Of a DNA stretch of 64,000 bases, positions 1-10,709 are shown piece by piece. Position 1 is the first letter of the stretch. Every line of letters starts with the position of its first letter. The stretch comes from Hormiphora californensis (Eukaryota; Animalia; Ctenophora): NCBI GenBank assembly GCA_020137815.1, contig CM035352.1, forward strand, positions 186,001-250,000. The letters are read 5' to 3'. The notes beneath the pieces are model-generated. The model saw only the letters and a list, made by a program, of their open reading frames with translations. It searched no databases and was not told the DNA's origin. A program made the translations under genes and the position numbers.

Positions 1-563
1 CCGTGTGGCCCAGGTTAAAGGGAGGGTACGTTGGCCTTTTTTCACCCAGAAGTTTAATTTCAATCACTCTGATATTTTGACAAAATTTCTGCATGGGTAC
101 TCATTCGAGGAATCTCAAGTTTCAAAAGATAAAAGTTGAAAGTTAATTAATTAACTCAATTTTTCGTTTTTCGGGTTTTTTGAGGTTTTCTCTTGATTAA
201 ATTCGATTTTATTATTTTTTAAACCGCCATACAATAGAGCAAGTATCAACAAATGGCAATCTGCATTTTATTAAAAGTGAATCAAGTTTAGTGGGTGAAA
301 TAAGTTATTTAAAGATGATATTTTTTACCAAACATCGATTTTGATCTGTTTTGACCAGAAATCGGTAAATTCAGGCGCTAAAAATTTGTACGGCCATTAC
401 ACTTGATCAATTTTGATGTTAGCCGGAATTTTTGTTATGTCCTTTCACTGTATCAACGAGAGTTTTCCGTTCTCGCTGTTCCTCCGGTGTTAGGTTGACG
501 TTGACGTCAATAATGCCTCTCTTCCGCTGGTCGCGGAGCCAATTTCTCTAATAAACGTCCTAG

Positions 564-1474
564 GGTACCCGCCCTCCCTGCCGACGGGAGGTCATTCGGC
601 AGGGAGGGCGGGATATAGGGGTATAATGTCCTACGTGCCGACGAGATTGGGATGAGATCGCCGTCGGCACGTAGGACATTTGACCCCTATATTCCGCCCT
701 CCCTGCCGAAAACTCACTCCGAGAGAGTATTCGGCAGGGAGGACATTTACCCCTCCTATTCACCCTCTGTACCGACGATCGGTAGGGAGGGCGTTTCACT
801 CCTTCTGTGAGCTCGAGAATTTGGCCGGCAGGCCAAATACGAAGAGCTCACTGTGTATTGTTCCTCTGAGTATCAGTATCGTTAGGGTTAGGGTTAGGGT
901 GGTGGTTAGGGTTAGGGTGGTGGTTAGGGTTAGGGTGGTGGTTAGGGTTAGGGTGGTGGTTAGGGCGGTGGTTAGGGTGATGGTTAGGGTGATGGTTAGG
1001 GCGATGGTTTGGGCTAAGTTTGGGTTATGGTTTCGTCGGCACAGAGGGTGAAAAGGAGGGGTAAATGTCCTCCCTGCCGATCGTCGGTAGTGAGGCTGAA
1101 AAGGAGGGGTAAATGTCCTCCCTGCCGACGGCCCTACTTGCCAATCGTCGGTACAGAGGGTAAAAGGAGGGGTAAAATGTCCTCCCTGCCGATCGTCGGT
1201 ACAGAGGGTAAAAGGAGGGGTAAAATATCCTCCCTGCCGATCGTCGGTACAGAGGGTAAAAGGAGGGGTAAAATGTCCTCCCTGCCGACGGCCCTCCCTG
1301 CCGATCGGTAGGGAGGTCCGTCGGCAGGGAGGGCAGAAAATAGGCGTATAATGTCCTACGTGCCGACGGCGATCTCATCCCAATTTCGTCGGCACGTAGG
1401 ACATTATACCCCCATATCCCGCCCTCCCTGCCGACCCGTCGGCAGGGAGGTCCGTCGGCAGGGAGGGGGTGACT
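564..1474. mobile_element. Non-autonomous TIR/foldback element with CCCTCCCTGCCGA subterminal repeats and a central telomere-like tract
   Basis: The ends gggtacccgccctccctgccgacgg and ccgtcggcagggagggggtgactc are imperfect inverted repeats. (GGTTAG)n-like tract at 880-1030. The element interrupts a satellite unit (cctagggt|gttcc). Confidence 0.7.
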
Positions 1475-2370
1475 CTGTTCCGATTGGTCTATATTTACTC
1501 CCTATAACCGTGGATGGTCGATAAATTGAGTTTTAGGGGGTGAAAGATGGGTGCTGGCATCCAGCTATGGGGCAGCAATGGATCAATTTTACAGAAAAAG
1601 TTACTGTGTCAATATGGCATCTCTGTCACCGGTCGCGAGGCAAATTTCTCCAATAAACATCCTAGGGTGTTTCAATTGGTCTATATTTACTTCCTATAAC
1701 CGTGGATAGTCGATAAATAGAGTTTTAGGGGGTGCTGGCTGGGTGCTGGGATCCAGCAATGGGGCAGCAATGGATCAATTTTACAGAAAAAGTTACTGTG
1801 TCAATATGGCCTCTCTGTCACCGGTCGCGAGGCAAATTTCTCCAATAAACGTCCTAGGGCGTTCCAATTGATCTATATTTACTCCCTATAACCGTGGATA
1901 GTCGATAAATTGAGTCTTAGGGGGTGAAGAATGGGTGCTGGCATCCAGCAATATGCAGCAATGAGACACGTTTACATTGCTGCTCCATTGCTGGATCCCA
2001 GCACCCAGCCAGCACCCCCTAAAACTCTATTTATCGACTATCCACGGTTATAGGGAGTAAATATAGACCAATTGGAACACCCTAAGACGTTTATTGGAGA
2101 AATTTGCCTCGCGACCGGTGGCAGAGAGGCTATATTGACATAGTAACTTTTTCTGTAAAATCGATCCATTGCTGCCCCATTGCTGGATGCCAGCACCCAG
2201 CCAGGCGCCAGCACCCCCTAAGACTCAATATATCGACTACCCAAGGTTATAAGGAGTAAATATAGACCAATTGGAACACCCTAGGACGTTTATTAGAGAA
2301 ATTTGCTTCGCGACCGGTGGTAGAGAGGCCAATATATTGGCATAGTAAGTTTTTCTGTAAAATCGATCAA
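1475..2370. repeat. ~194-bp satellite-like units arranged as a foldback (forward to ~1975, reverse after)
   Basis: The motif aataaacgtcctagggtgttccaattggtctatatttactccctataaccgtgg recurs, then appears as its reverse complement from ~1976. Confidence 0.75.
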
Positions 2371-2500
2371 AAATAGCACCTTATGTCGACAATATATGGA
2401 CCAATAGGAGCACGCCAGACTCAATTTAATAGTTCCCTCTTAAATTTCAAAATGTGCTGGGAGTTTACCAAAATGTGCTGGCAAGCGCATTGCTACATTG

Positions 2501-3055
2501 TCAACAATTTTGACCTGGGTTTGCTTTCCTGAGAAGCTGCAACAATGATTCCCTCCTTTCAAGGGTTACGATTACTGGTCTTGGACGGTTTTCAGTCATT
2601 TCGCCGACACGCTTTGTGGAAGACACGACTGGTTTTTCATTTAGCTCTGTAAAAATTTCTCGAACTTCATGCTCAGTAGTTCTTGCAGTAGTCTCTGGTA
2701 GCCCAAACAAAACCAAATTCAGCTTCCGATCAGGAGTTGCTTCTTCCGTTGTACTACTTGTAGGAAGAGGCACTGTCGCTTTCTTCCATGCTGCTTGTAG
2801 GCGGGATGGTGCAACAGCTGCTGAGCAGTTTTGTACAAGGACTTTTGAGTAGCCCTGCAGTTGCTTCTGAACAGACTCCGACACCGAATTGAGTTTCCGA
2901 TCTTGTACTTCAATCAGACTATTTTGTGCTTCAATCAGATTCTCTTGTAATTCAATCCTTGCTATCCGGTGTTTATCGACTTCTTCCTTGAATGAGCCAA
3001 GCTCTTTTTGTACCTTCTCGAGTTTCCGATTACACTCCCCTAAAGTACTCCCCAA
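2501..3055 (-). pseudogene. LINE (CR1/L2-type) ORF1 fragment, coiled coil plus RRM-like region
   Basis: Coiled coil followed by APSRLQAA...RKLNLVLFGLPE...RVG...RPRPVIVTL. Homologous to the other ORF1 copies in this window. Confidence 0.7.
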
Positions 3056-3679
3056 ACTACTATGTCCCTCACTCGGGTTTTGTGAAATTTCCCACGGTCA
3101 TAATTCCACTCCCTGATGAGATAAAGACTTGAAATTTGTTTTGTAGAAAGAACTCGACATGATCTCCTCACAAAACAAATTTCAAGTCTCTATCTCATCA
3201 GGGGGTGGAGCTATGGCTGTCTAAAATCCGGTCGCGTGCAGCAAGGGACATAATAGTTTGGGAGGACCTTTAGTTCCCGACGTTCTTTCATACGGACAGT
3301 TTCATCGTTATTTTTCATACATTGTCCAGCTTCCCTCACTATCAGAAGAATATGACGACAGAGGTTCTTGGTGTAAGCCATGAATTGATCTCCATTATAA
3401 TTTCTTGGAGCGTAGTCTACTGGCAGTGCTCGACGGGAATCCAAGAATAACATTCGCAGCTCTTCATCCACCTGATGGTGAACCAGTTTGGATCCATTCC
3501 TGATTAACAAAACGTCTCTTACTGCATAACGAAGTAGTTCCATCACCGTGGGATCAACACATTCCAGTGGATCGGCATCTGCATCAGATGTCTTTAGTTT
3601 CTCCGTCATAACTTCTGCCTGAGGACAATATCAAATTAATTTGTTTAAAGTAGTGTTGAAAAGTTTGAAACAGCTCCAT

Positions 3680-3772
3680 TCAGGAGCATTTAACAGGAGC
3701 ATTTAACAGGAGCATTTAACAGGAGCATTTAACAGGAGCATTTAACAGGAGAATTTAACAGGAGCATTTAAC
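3680..3772. repeat. 13-bp tandem repeat (caggagcatttaa) x~7
   Basis: Directly visible. Confidence 0.9.
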
Positions 3773-4429
3773 ACGCCGACAGGGAGTGGGACAATTAGAC
3801 TAGACAGAAACTTTAGCCCTACACACTCAGGGTGAAAGTGTGCACTACACATGGAGTAGTGCAATAGTCCTTGAGCTGATGTTACACTAGGAGGGCGCCT
3901 GGTAGACTTAAAAGTATTGTATAATAAGTTAATGTCATTGAGTTCGCTCTATACTGCCTCGTTTCGGTGAACTTATTGCCTCTATGCCCTCTCAAGCTAA
4001 TGACAGTAGAACAAAAGTAGAACGTTTTCCATTACAATCGCGCCCTTTTCTGATCACGAGAGAAAATGAGAGGAATACGACTGTGCGGGTGTACAAGATT
4101 ACAAGATTACAAGATTAAAATTATATTTATAATGTCAATAAATTAAATAAATGTAATTATTGACACCCCGCTAATACACTAAACATATTGGTTCACAAGT
4201 ATTAAAAAATAAATATGTCCAACATGCGGACGTTTCCGCCCGTAGCTACCTCTAGCTGGGTTATCTCGTCTAATTCAAACACTCTTCAATATCACATTGT
4301 ATGTACAAAAAACAGAATCAATAAACTGTCGTGATAACAAGTGATGAGTAGCGTCAAGCGTGTAGAAGGGATGTTGTAGATAGTTTGTAGAATGAGGAAT
4401 GAGGATGTGCTCGATATGGAGCAGCGCAA

Positions 4430-5110
4430 GGAAAAGGACCCAGGGATCGATGTGGAGGAGGTAGGAGTAAAGGACCCAGGGATCGATGAGGAGCAAGGTA
4501 GGAGTAAAGGACCCAGGGATCGATGTGGAGGAGGTAGGAGTAAAGGACCCAGGGATCGATGTGGAGCAGGTAGGAGTAGAGGACCCAGGGATCGATGTGG
4601 AGCAAGGTAGGGAAAGGACCCAGGAATCGATGTGGAGGAGGTAGGAGTAAAGGACCCAGGGATCGATGTGAAGGAGGTTGGGAAAAGACCCAGGGATCGA
4701 TGTGGAGCAAGGTAGGGAAAGGACCCAGGAATCGGTGTGGAGGAGGTAGGAGTTAAGGACCCAGGGATCGATGTGGAGGAGGTAGGAGTAGAGGACCCAG
4801 GGATCGATGTGGAGCAAGGTAGGGAAAGGACCCAGGAATCGATGTGGAGGAGGTAGGAGTAAAATAACCAGGGATCGATGTGAAGGAGGTTGGGAAAAGA
4901 CCCAGGGATCGGTGTGGAGCAAGGTAGGGAAAGGACCCAGGAATCGATGTGGAGGAGGTAGGAGTAAAGGACACAGGGATCGATGTGGAGGAGGTAGGAG
5001 TAGAGGACCCAGGGATCGATGTGGAGGAGGTAGGAGTAAAGGACCCAGGAATCGATGTGGAGGAGGTAGGAGTAGAGGACCCAGGTATCGATGTGAAGGA
5101 ATACACGAGA
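4430..5110. repeat. Minisatellite of ~32-33-bp variant units (ggacccagggatcgatgtggaggaggtaggagtaaa)
   Basis: About 20 variant units are visible. They account for the repetitive ORFs at 4275-5215. Confidence 0.9.
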
Positions 5111-5211
5111 AAAAGGGAGCCCAGGAATCAGGAATAGGAGTTGGAGACAGTAGTTACTCAGGAATCCATGTGGATGTACCAAATGTAGGGAAGTGAGGAT
5201 TATTTTGCCGA

Positions 5212-6852
5212 TCATTGGTTGTATGCTCTAAAGAACAAGTGCGTCTTCAGGGATGTTTTAAAAGTAGTAAGGGATTCTGAGTCCCGGATTGATCGTGGTA
5301 GCTGATTCCATAATTTAGGTGCAGCAATACTGAAAGCGCCTCTAGTGTTCTCGTAGTGGTACTCACTCCTCCGCACCTCTTTCAGAGCGGTGACGTCATT
5401 ATCCACTCGGAGTGATTTCACTTTCTGGGGCCGCTTCACTAACATCTCAGACATGTATGGAGGGGATTGATCATGAAGAGTCTTGTATACCATCAAGCAA
5501 ATTTTGTACTCTATTCGCTGTTTCACAGGCAAGAAGTGTGATTTCATACGAAGTTTTGTTACACCGCGTTTTCCTCTTTTCCCGTAAATGTATCGTGTCG
5601 CACTGTTCTGAACTTTCTGTAGACGTTTCAGGTCAGAGTCCTTTAATGAAACCAAAAGAGAGTTGCAATAATCGATACGGCTATGAATAAGGGTTGAAAC
5701 CAGCTTAGTTTTCTGTGCCTTACTCAATTTTCCGGCTATTCTCCACATCTGTACCAGTTGTAGATTGCAAGCTTTGACAACTTTAGTAACGTGATCGGCC
5801 ATTGATAATGTGCTGTCAAACATTACGCCCAAGTTTCTCGCTCTTGGGGTGACTTCTGTTTCGCCATCTTCTGGATTGATCAATATGTTCTCAATATCAG
5901 GTGATTTACTCCATTTGTTTTTCAGGATGAGAACTTCCGTTTTCTCTGGGTTGAGCTTCAGCATACTATGAGCCATCCACAATTTTATGTGTGCCATGCA
6001 TTCCTGTAGTCTTTCGGTCACCTCACCGATTGATTCTGGTGAGAATGAAACATATATCTGACTATCATCAGCATACATATGTATGGTTAGGTCGTATAAT
6101 GCAGCAATCTTTTCCAGGTCCTTCATATATAGGATAAACAACAACGGCCCAAGAATAGACCCTTGGGGCACTCCGATTTCAATAGGTTTCGAACTGGACT
6201 CTGTCGATCCGATCTTAACCTTCGCAAAGCGTCCTGACAGGTAGGATTTGATCCATTTCAGAACACTACCTCCAATTCGATATTCATTCTCAAGTCGCCG
6301 TAACAGTTCTGAATGCGAGATGGTGTCGAACGCGGCCGAGAGGTCCAATAACACAAGAATCACCTGAGATTTGCCGTCAATCTGCAAGAGGATGTCATTG
6401 ACAATTTTCACGGTCGCCGTTTCGCAAGAATGTTTCGTTCTATAGGCGGACTGGAATTTAGCGAAAAGATCATGTTTTTCAAGATGGTCAATCAGCTGCT
6501 CAGCTACACATTTCTCTACTACCTTTGATAAAAATGATAAGTTGGAAATAGGTCTGTAGCTTTTCAATTGATCCGGATCCAATGACGCATTTTTGTGAGC
6601 AGGTCTTATTACAGCTGTTTTCAAGTTATCAGGCACTTCTCCTTGGGACAGACTGGAGTTGACGATCTTCGAGATTATTGGTAGGAGATGAGGTAAGGCA
6701 CCTGTGAGTAGAGAGGTCGGTATAGGGTCAAGGGAACAATGTTTTTGGTTCATTCTTCGGATGGTAGATACAAGTTGTTCATCCGATACCGGTTTAAACG
6801 ATGCAAGGACAGGCACTGATGTTGGTGTTCTCGTATCGGGCAAGTTAGGCAA
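5212..6852 (-). CDS. Reverse transcriptase domain of LINE ORF2 (N-terminally truncated, frameshift near 6880)
   Basis: Motifs YRPISNLSFLSKVVEK, FQSAYR, LLDLSAAFDTI, GVPQGSILGPLLF, YADD, LNPEKTE, LGVMFD, FSIAAPKLWNQLP. Confidence 0.93.
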   Translation of the reverse strand: MPNLPDTRTPTSVPVLASFKPVSDEQLVSTIRRMNQKHCSLDPIPTSLLTGALPHLLPIISKIVNSSLSQGEVPDNLKTAVIRPAHKNASLDPDQLKSYRPISNLSFLSKVVEKCVAEQLIDHLEKHDLFAKFQSAYRTKHSCETATVKIVNDILLQIDGKSQVILVLLDLSAAFDTISHSELLRRLENEYRIGGSVLKWIKSYLSGRFAKVKIGSTESSSKPIEIGVPQGSILGPLLFILYMKDLEKIAALYDLTIHMYADDSQIYVSFSPESIGEVTERLQECMAHIKLWMAHSMLKLNPEKTEVLILKNKWSKSPDIENILINPEDGETEVTPRARNLGVMFDSTLSMADHVTKVVKACNLQLVQMWRIAGKLSKAQKTKLVSTLIHSRIDYCNSLLVSLKDSDLKRLQKVQNSATRYIYGKRGKRGVTKLRMKSHFLPVKQRIEYKICLMVYKTLHDQSPPYMSEMLVKRPQKVKSLRVDNDVTALKEVRRSEYHYENTRGAFSIAAPKLWNQLPRSIRDSESLTTFKTSLKTHLFFRAYNQ

Positions 6853-7170
6853 GGTTTCTGAGAAGGATGGATCATTTCGAATATATCTTGATAAATCTTT
6901 TCAACTTTGGAGTGAAAGAACTCACTCAGTAAATCCGGAAGTTTAGCAGGATCAGGCACTGTTGGGAGTGCTTTCGGGGTTTTATCTTTACCCAGCAGGT
7001 AGTTCATCACCTGATAGGTAGCAGATGGATTGCCCTCAGCAGCCTGAAGTCTGCGTCTGAAAAACTCTCGTCTAGCCCGTCTAAACACTGACCTTGCGTA
7101 TCTCACTTCTCTTACAAACCCCCTTTCCGCTAGATCAAGTTCTTCATAAGTAACTCGATTGGGCTTCTTT

Positions 7171-10100
7171 TTAAATTCACTAACCTTTTTTGACCGGGCC
7201 CATTAATACGGAATATAACAATAAGTGTAATCAGTACATAAAGGTTAAAATAAATTAATTCGTTGCATTGTTTTTAATCAAGTATAAAATATTAAAATCA
7301 TTCCTGTCTGTAAACCGCTTAGGACTGGAACCACGGTGACCACGGAGGCTGACAATAAGGGTTTTCAGGAGACAAAATGATAAACGTTGCCGGATATACC
7401 TTATTGAGTCTGGGTATGATTGACCGGTTTTCTCAGAAAGACGATAAGCTATCTGTTTGTATAGTTTGTCAGCTTCATTACCAACGATACCGGATGTAGA
7501 GAAGACGACGGGAGTAAAATAGCTTTTTTCCACCTGGAGGATGCGCTCTCCGTAGGCCCGTTTTTTCTCATCCTCGTGTTTCTTCAAGACCTTATCAACT
7601 GATAGAGATTTGTTTGTTGGCGCCCTAGAGTTGAAGATGCGAACATCGAGGAACAGTTTTGACATGTCAGTTTTTGACCAAACGCCACGAGCTGAAACGT
7701 CGAGACGAGCTTCATCTGCACCGTTTTGATGGCAGTTTCATATTTGAGGGTCTCCCCGGTGAGAGGCAACAAGTGGGGTTCTACAACAACCTTCTTTGCA
7801 ACCGGCCTCAACTAGCAAATTTGCGGTCAGGTCTCGGATCTGATTGTGCCTGAGATTAACATAGCCCCCACGAGCACAAGATAGGCAGTGTCCGATGGAA
7901 TTCACTTTGCCACAAGCACAGTGGTTAGGGAAATCATGGAGAGCCAGATCGTACCGCAAAGCTAGAGCATCCCAGAATTCTGATTTGTTGAGGTTGAAAC
8001 CATGCTCCGCCAGGGGGAGACTAGTTAGCCAGGTGGACGAGCCACGTTTGCACAGTTCTTCATGAAGTCTCAGCTGGTCTGGACACAGTTTCTCAGCAAC
8101 CGCCGCTAACTGTTTCTTGTTGGACATAGTTTTAGCAAATGCAACCTCTTCCTTGGCCAACTTCAAGCTCTTGGCAACTGACACGAATCTCTCTTCAGTA
8201 ATGGTTGTGTTCTGTTCGATTATTATCTTTGAGAGAGGTGTAGTTGCAACAAGGGATCGCTGGTGCTCAAGGTCAGCGGCTGCACAAGGGTTATCAATGC
8301 CAAGTCCCCCATTCCTGCACGGTAGTGAAAAACGTTCCCGGTGGAGAGGAGTAAAATGGTTGTTCACTGCTGCTGGAAGAAACAAGGTCGTGATTGCTGA
8401 CTCCAGGGGTGCAAAAAGTTCTGAGATGTTTGGTGTTGTCCTCATCAGAAAAAGCCAGCGTTTAGAGAGTCCCATGCAGAAACCTGTGTAGGCAGCCTGG
8501 GGCTCTGTGTTGGCAATGTTTGCGATGGCCTGCACGTCTTCAACCCAACGTTGAATTTCCTTACACGCATAGTCCCGCTGGAATTCAAGAGACCCTATGG
8601 GGGCACCAAGGTAACGATGACCGTCAGATTTGATGATGACGTCAGTGTCTGCGAATATACTGTGTGTTTTTAAATGACTGAGACTGTTCAAATCGACATA
8701 GCGTCAAAAGTTGTAAATATTTTGCTCTGAAATTTTAGGACAAGGTAGATGGCTACCTGCCATTTATTGTACTCGAATTTCAGCAAAATCGGTCGTTCCT
8801 GAATGAACCTGTAGCCCAAAAACCTCCTCTAACTTTGAGCGATCAGATCTCTGCGACCTGATGAGGTAGAGAGCTCAAACTTTCACAATATGTCCATTAG
8901 ATAATTTACTAACTTTTGGCTGCTCGGTTTGGCGATATCTTTTTTAGTTCCTTCGCAGGAACACGGCAAAGTGGTGTAAGTCGGCCTAATTGGGAGCATT
9001 TTTGCACTCAGGTATCACGTATCACGTGTCTTACTGGGGGTAATCAGCCCCCACACCGATTCTGTAATTGGTTCTGAGTGTGGTAAAGTGTGGCGCTTCG
9101 TCAGCAGACGTGATCATAGTGTCCGAAATCGTTGACAAGGTCACGTGACTACCTGTGGTGCTGAGTGTGGTAGAGCGTGGCCGTTCGTCATGACAAGAGA
9201 GAGGGAGAAAAAGAAAGAGATAGCGAGAGAAATAGAGAGAAAGGAAGAGAGTCACATCTTCTTCGTCATGACGAGAGAGTTATACTCAGCAGATAGAGAG
9301 AGCGAATCGGTGACACTAGACGTTGTTATCATGTCGAGATGTTCCACATCTAATCACGTGACCTTGTAACAAGAAAGAGAGAGAGAGAGAGAGACAGCAG
9401 AATGTAAAGGAAGAGAGTTAGAAAAGTTTGTCTGGATTTCAGCTTGTGACCGATTTCGGACACTATGATCACGTCTGCTGACGAAGCGCCACACTTTACC
9501 ACACTCAGAACCAATTACAGAATCGGTGAAACACATGGCGGGGGGCTGATTACCTCCAGTAAGACACGTGATACGTGATACCTGAGTGCAAAAATGCTCC
9601 CAATTAGGCCGACTTACACCACTTTGCCGTGTTCCTGCGAAGGAACTAAAAAAGATATCGCCAAACCAAGCAGCCAAAAGTTAGTAAATTGTCTAATGAA
9701 CATATTGTGAAAGTTTGAGCTCTCTACCTCATCAGGTCGCAGAGATCTGAGCGCTCAAAGTTAGAGGAGGTTTTTGGGCTACAGGTTCATTCAGGAACGA
9801 CCGATTTTGCTGAAATTCGAGTACAATAAATGGCAGGTAGCCATCTACCTTGTCCTAAAATTTCAGAGCAAAACATTCACAACTTTTGACGCTATGTCGA
9901 TTTGAACAGTCTCAGTCATTTAAAAACACACAGTAGATGTAGCCTCCTCAAGGTGTTCTGGCTTAACAATGAGCACAGATTTGTCAGGGCGGGGGAAATA
10001 CCCATAACCGGGACCGTTGGTTACCAATGAATCCCACCACTCTCTAACACCCAGAAGAGTACCCGCAGCAGCACCATCGTCAGCATAAAATATTTGATTA

Positions 10101-10171
10101 GGGGGAGTGGCAGAAAGTTTTTCAATTAGTGGACGGAGACTGATGCAATAAAAGGGTGAAGCAATATTACA
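7171..10171 (-). mobile_element. 5'-truncated CRE-clade non-LTR retrotransposon (RT plus restriction-like endonuclease), interrupted by a foldback element
   Basis: YADDGAAAG...GPGYGYFP (9936-10160); RYLGAPIG, GGLGI, CACG...HCLSC...RHNQIRD, LDVRIFN...EDEKKRAY. 13-bp TSD attgggcttcttt at 7158-7170 and 10172-10184. Confidence 0.88.
8660..9933. mobile_element. TA-flanked foldback DNA element (Tc1/mariner-like non-autonomous) with ~480-bp inverted arms
   Basis: TA-ctgtgtgtttttaaatgactgag...ctcagtcatttaaaaacacacag-TA. Removing it restores the CRE frame (EEATSIFADT). Partial copy at 62764-62992. Confidence 0.88.
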
Positions 10172-10709
10172 ATTGGGCTTCTTTACCATTATAGTGTTGT
10201 GTTGGCACACGGAGAATATGGGAGAGGGACACAACAAGAGTGGCTTCACAATCCACCACTGTCCACTCCTCACTCCTAGTACATCACGCACGTCCCATGC
10301 GACTATAATTCACTAACCCCAGCACCGATCATCGGTGACCGATGCGACTTGTAATATCACGAGAGAAAAAAAAATCATCCGCGCGCACACACAATTTTTT
10401 GGGTGACGAGCCGGAGACCCTGGTCACGTCAAAATACACTGTGGCGCGCGGAAAAACCCTCTTTATGCTCTGCCGTAGGTCGCGCGCAGAGCTCCTGACA
10501 CAATGCACTCGCTCTATTTTTCAAACTTTCTCTTCGGCAGCATCTCTTCGGCTGTTAGTCCAGTGGAAGAACCTATTGGTGTCACTTTAATCTTATTTGA
10601 ACATTTGTTAGAGCTCCCCCCCTTTTTTAGAACTTATATTTTGTACAGTGTGTAGGCGTATAGATATATATACTTTACTTCAAACAGCAATCCGACAATA
10701 CCGGGTTCC

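Larger units (their letters stand above)
4092..7170 (-). mobile_element. 5'-truncated CR1/L2-type LINE: RT ORF2, minisatellite-containing 3' UTR and short-repeat tail
   Basis: RT ORF at 5212-6852, with upstream frameshifted part 6750-7106. (gattacaa)n at 4092-4116 fits a short-repeat 3' tail. Confidence 0.85.

Noticed and set aside
680-1051. Val-Arg repeat ORF or true telomere
   Set aside because: It is a translation of a short, degenerate, interstitial GGTTAG tract inside a TIR element.
3104-3211. Hammerhead at CTGATGA...GAAA (also 8858)
   Set aside because: No stem II can form. The gatgagatagagacttgaaattt motif is a common subterminal motif of local MITEs.
4225-4275. Hammerhead-like GAAACGTC on the minus strand
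   Set aside because: There is no CTGANGA or covariant core upstream.
4430-5110. CRISPR-like array or repetitive protein
   Set aside because: The units abut without unique spacers, the context is a eukaryotic LINE 3' UTR, and the ORFs are by-products of the repeat.
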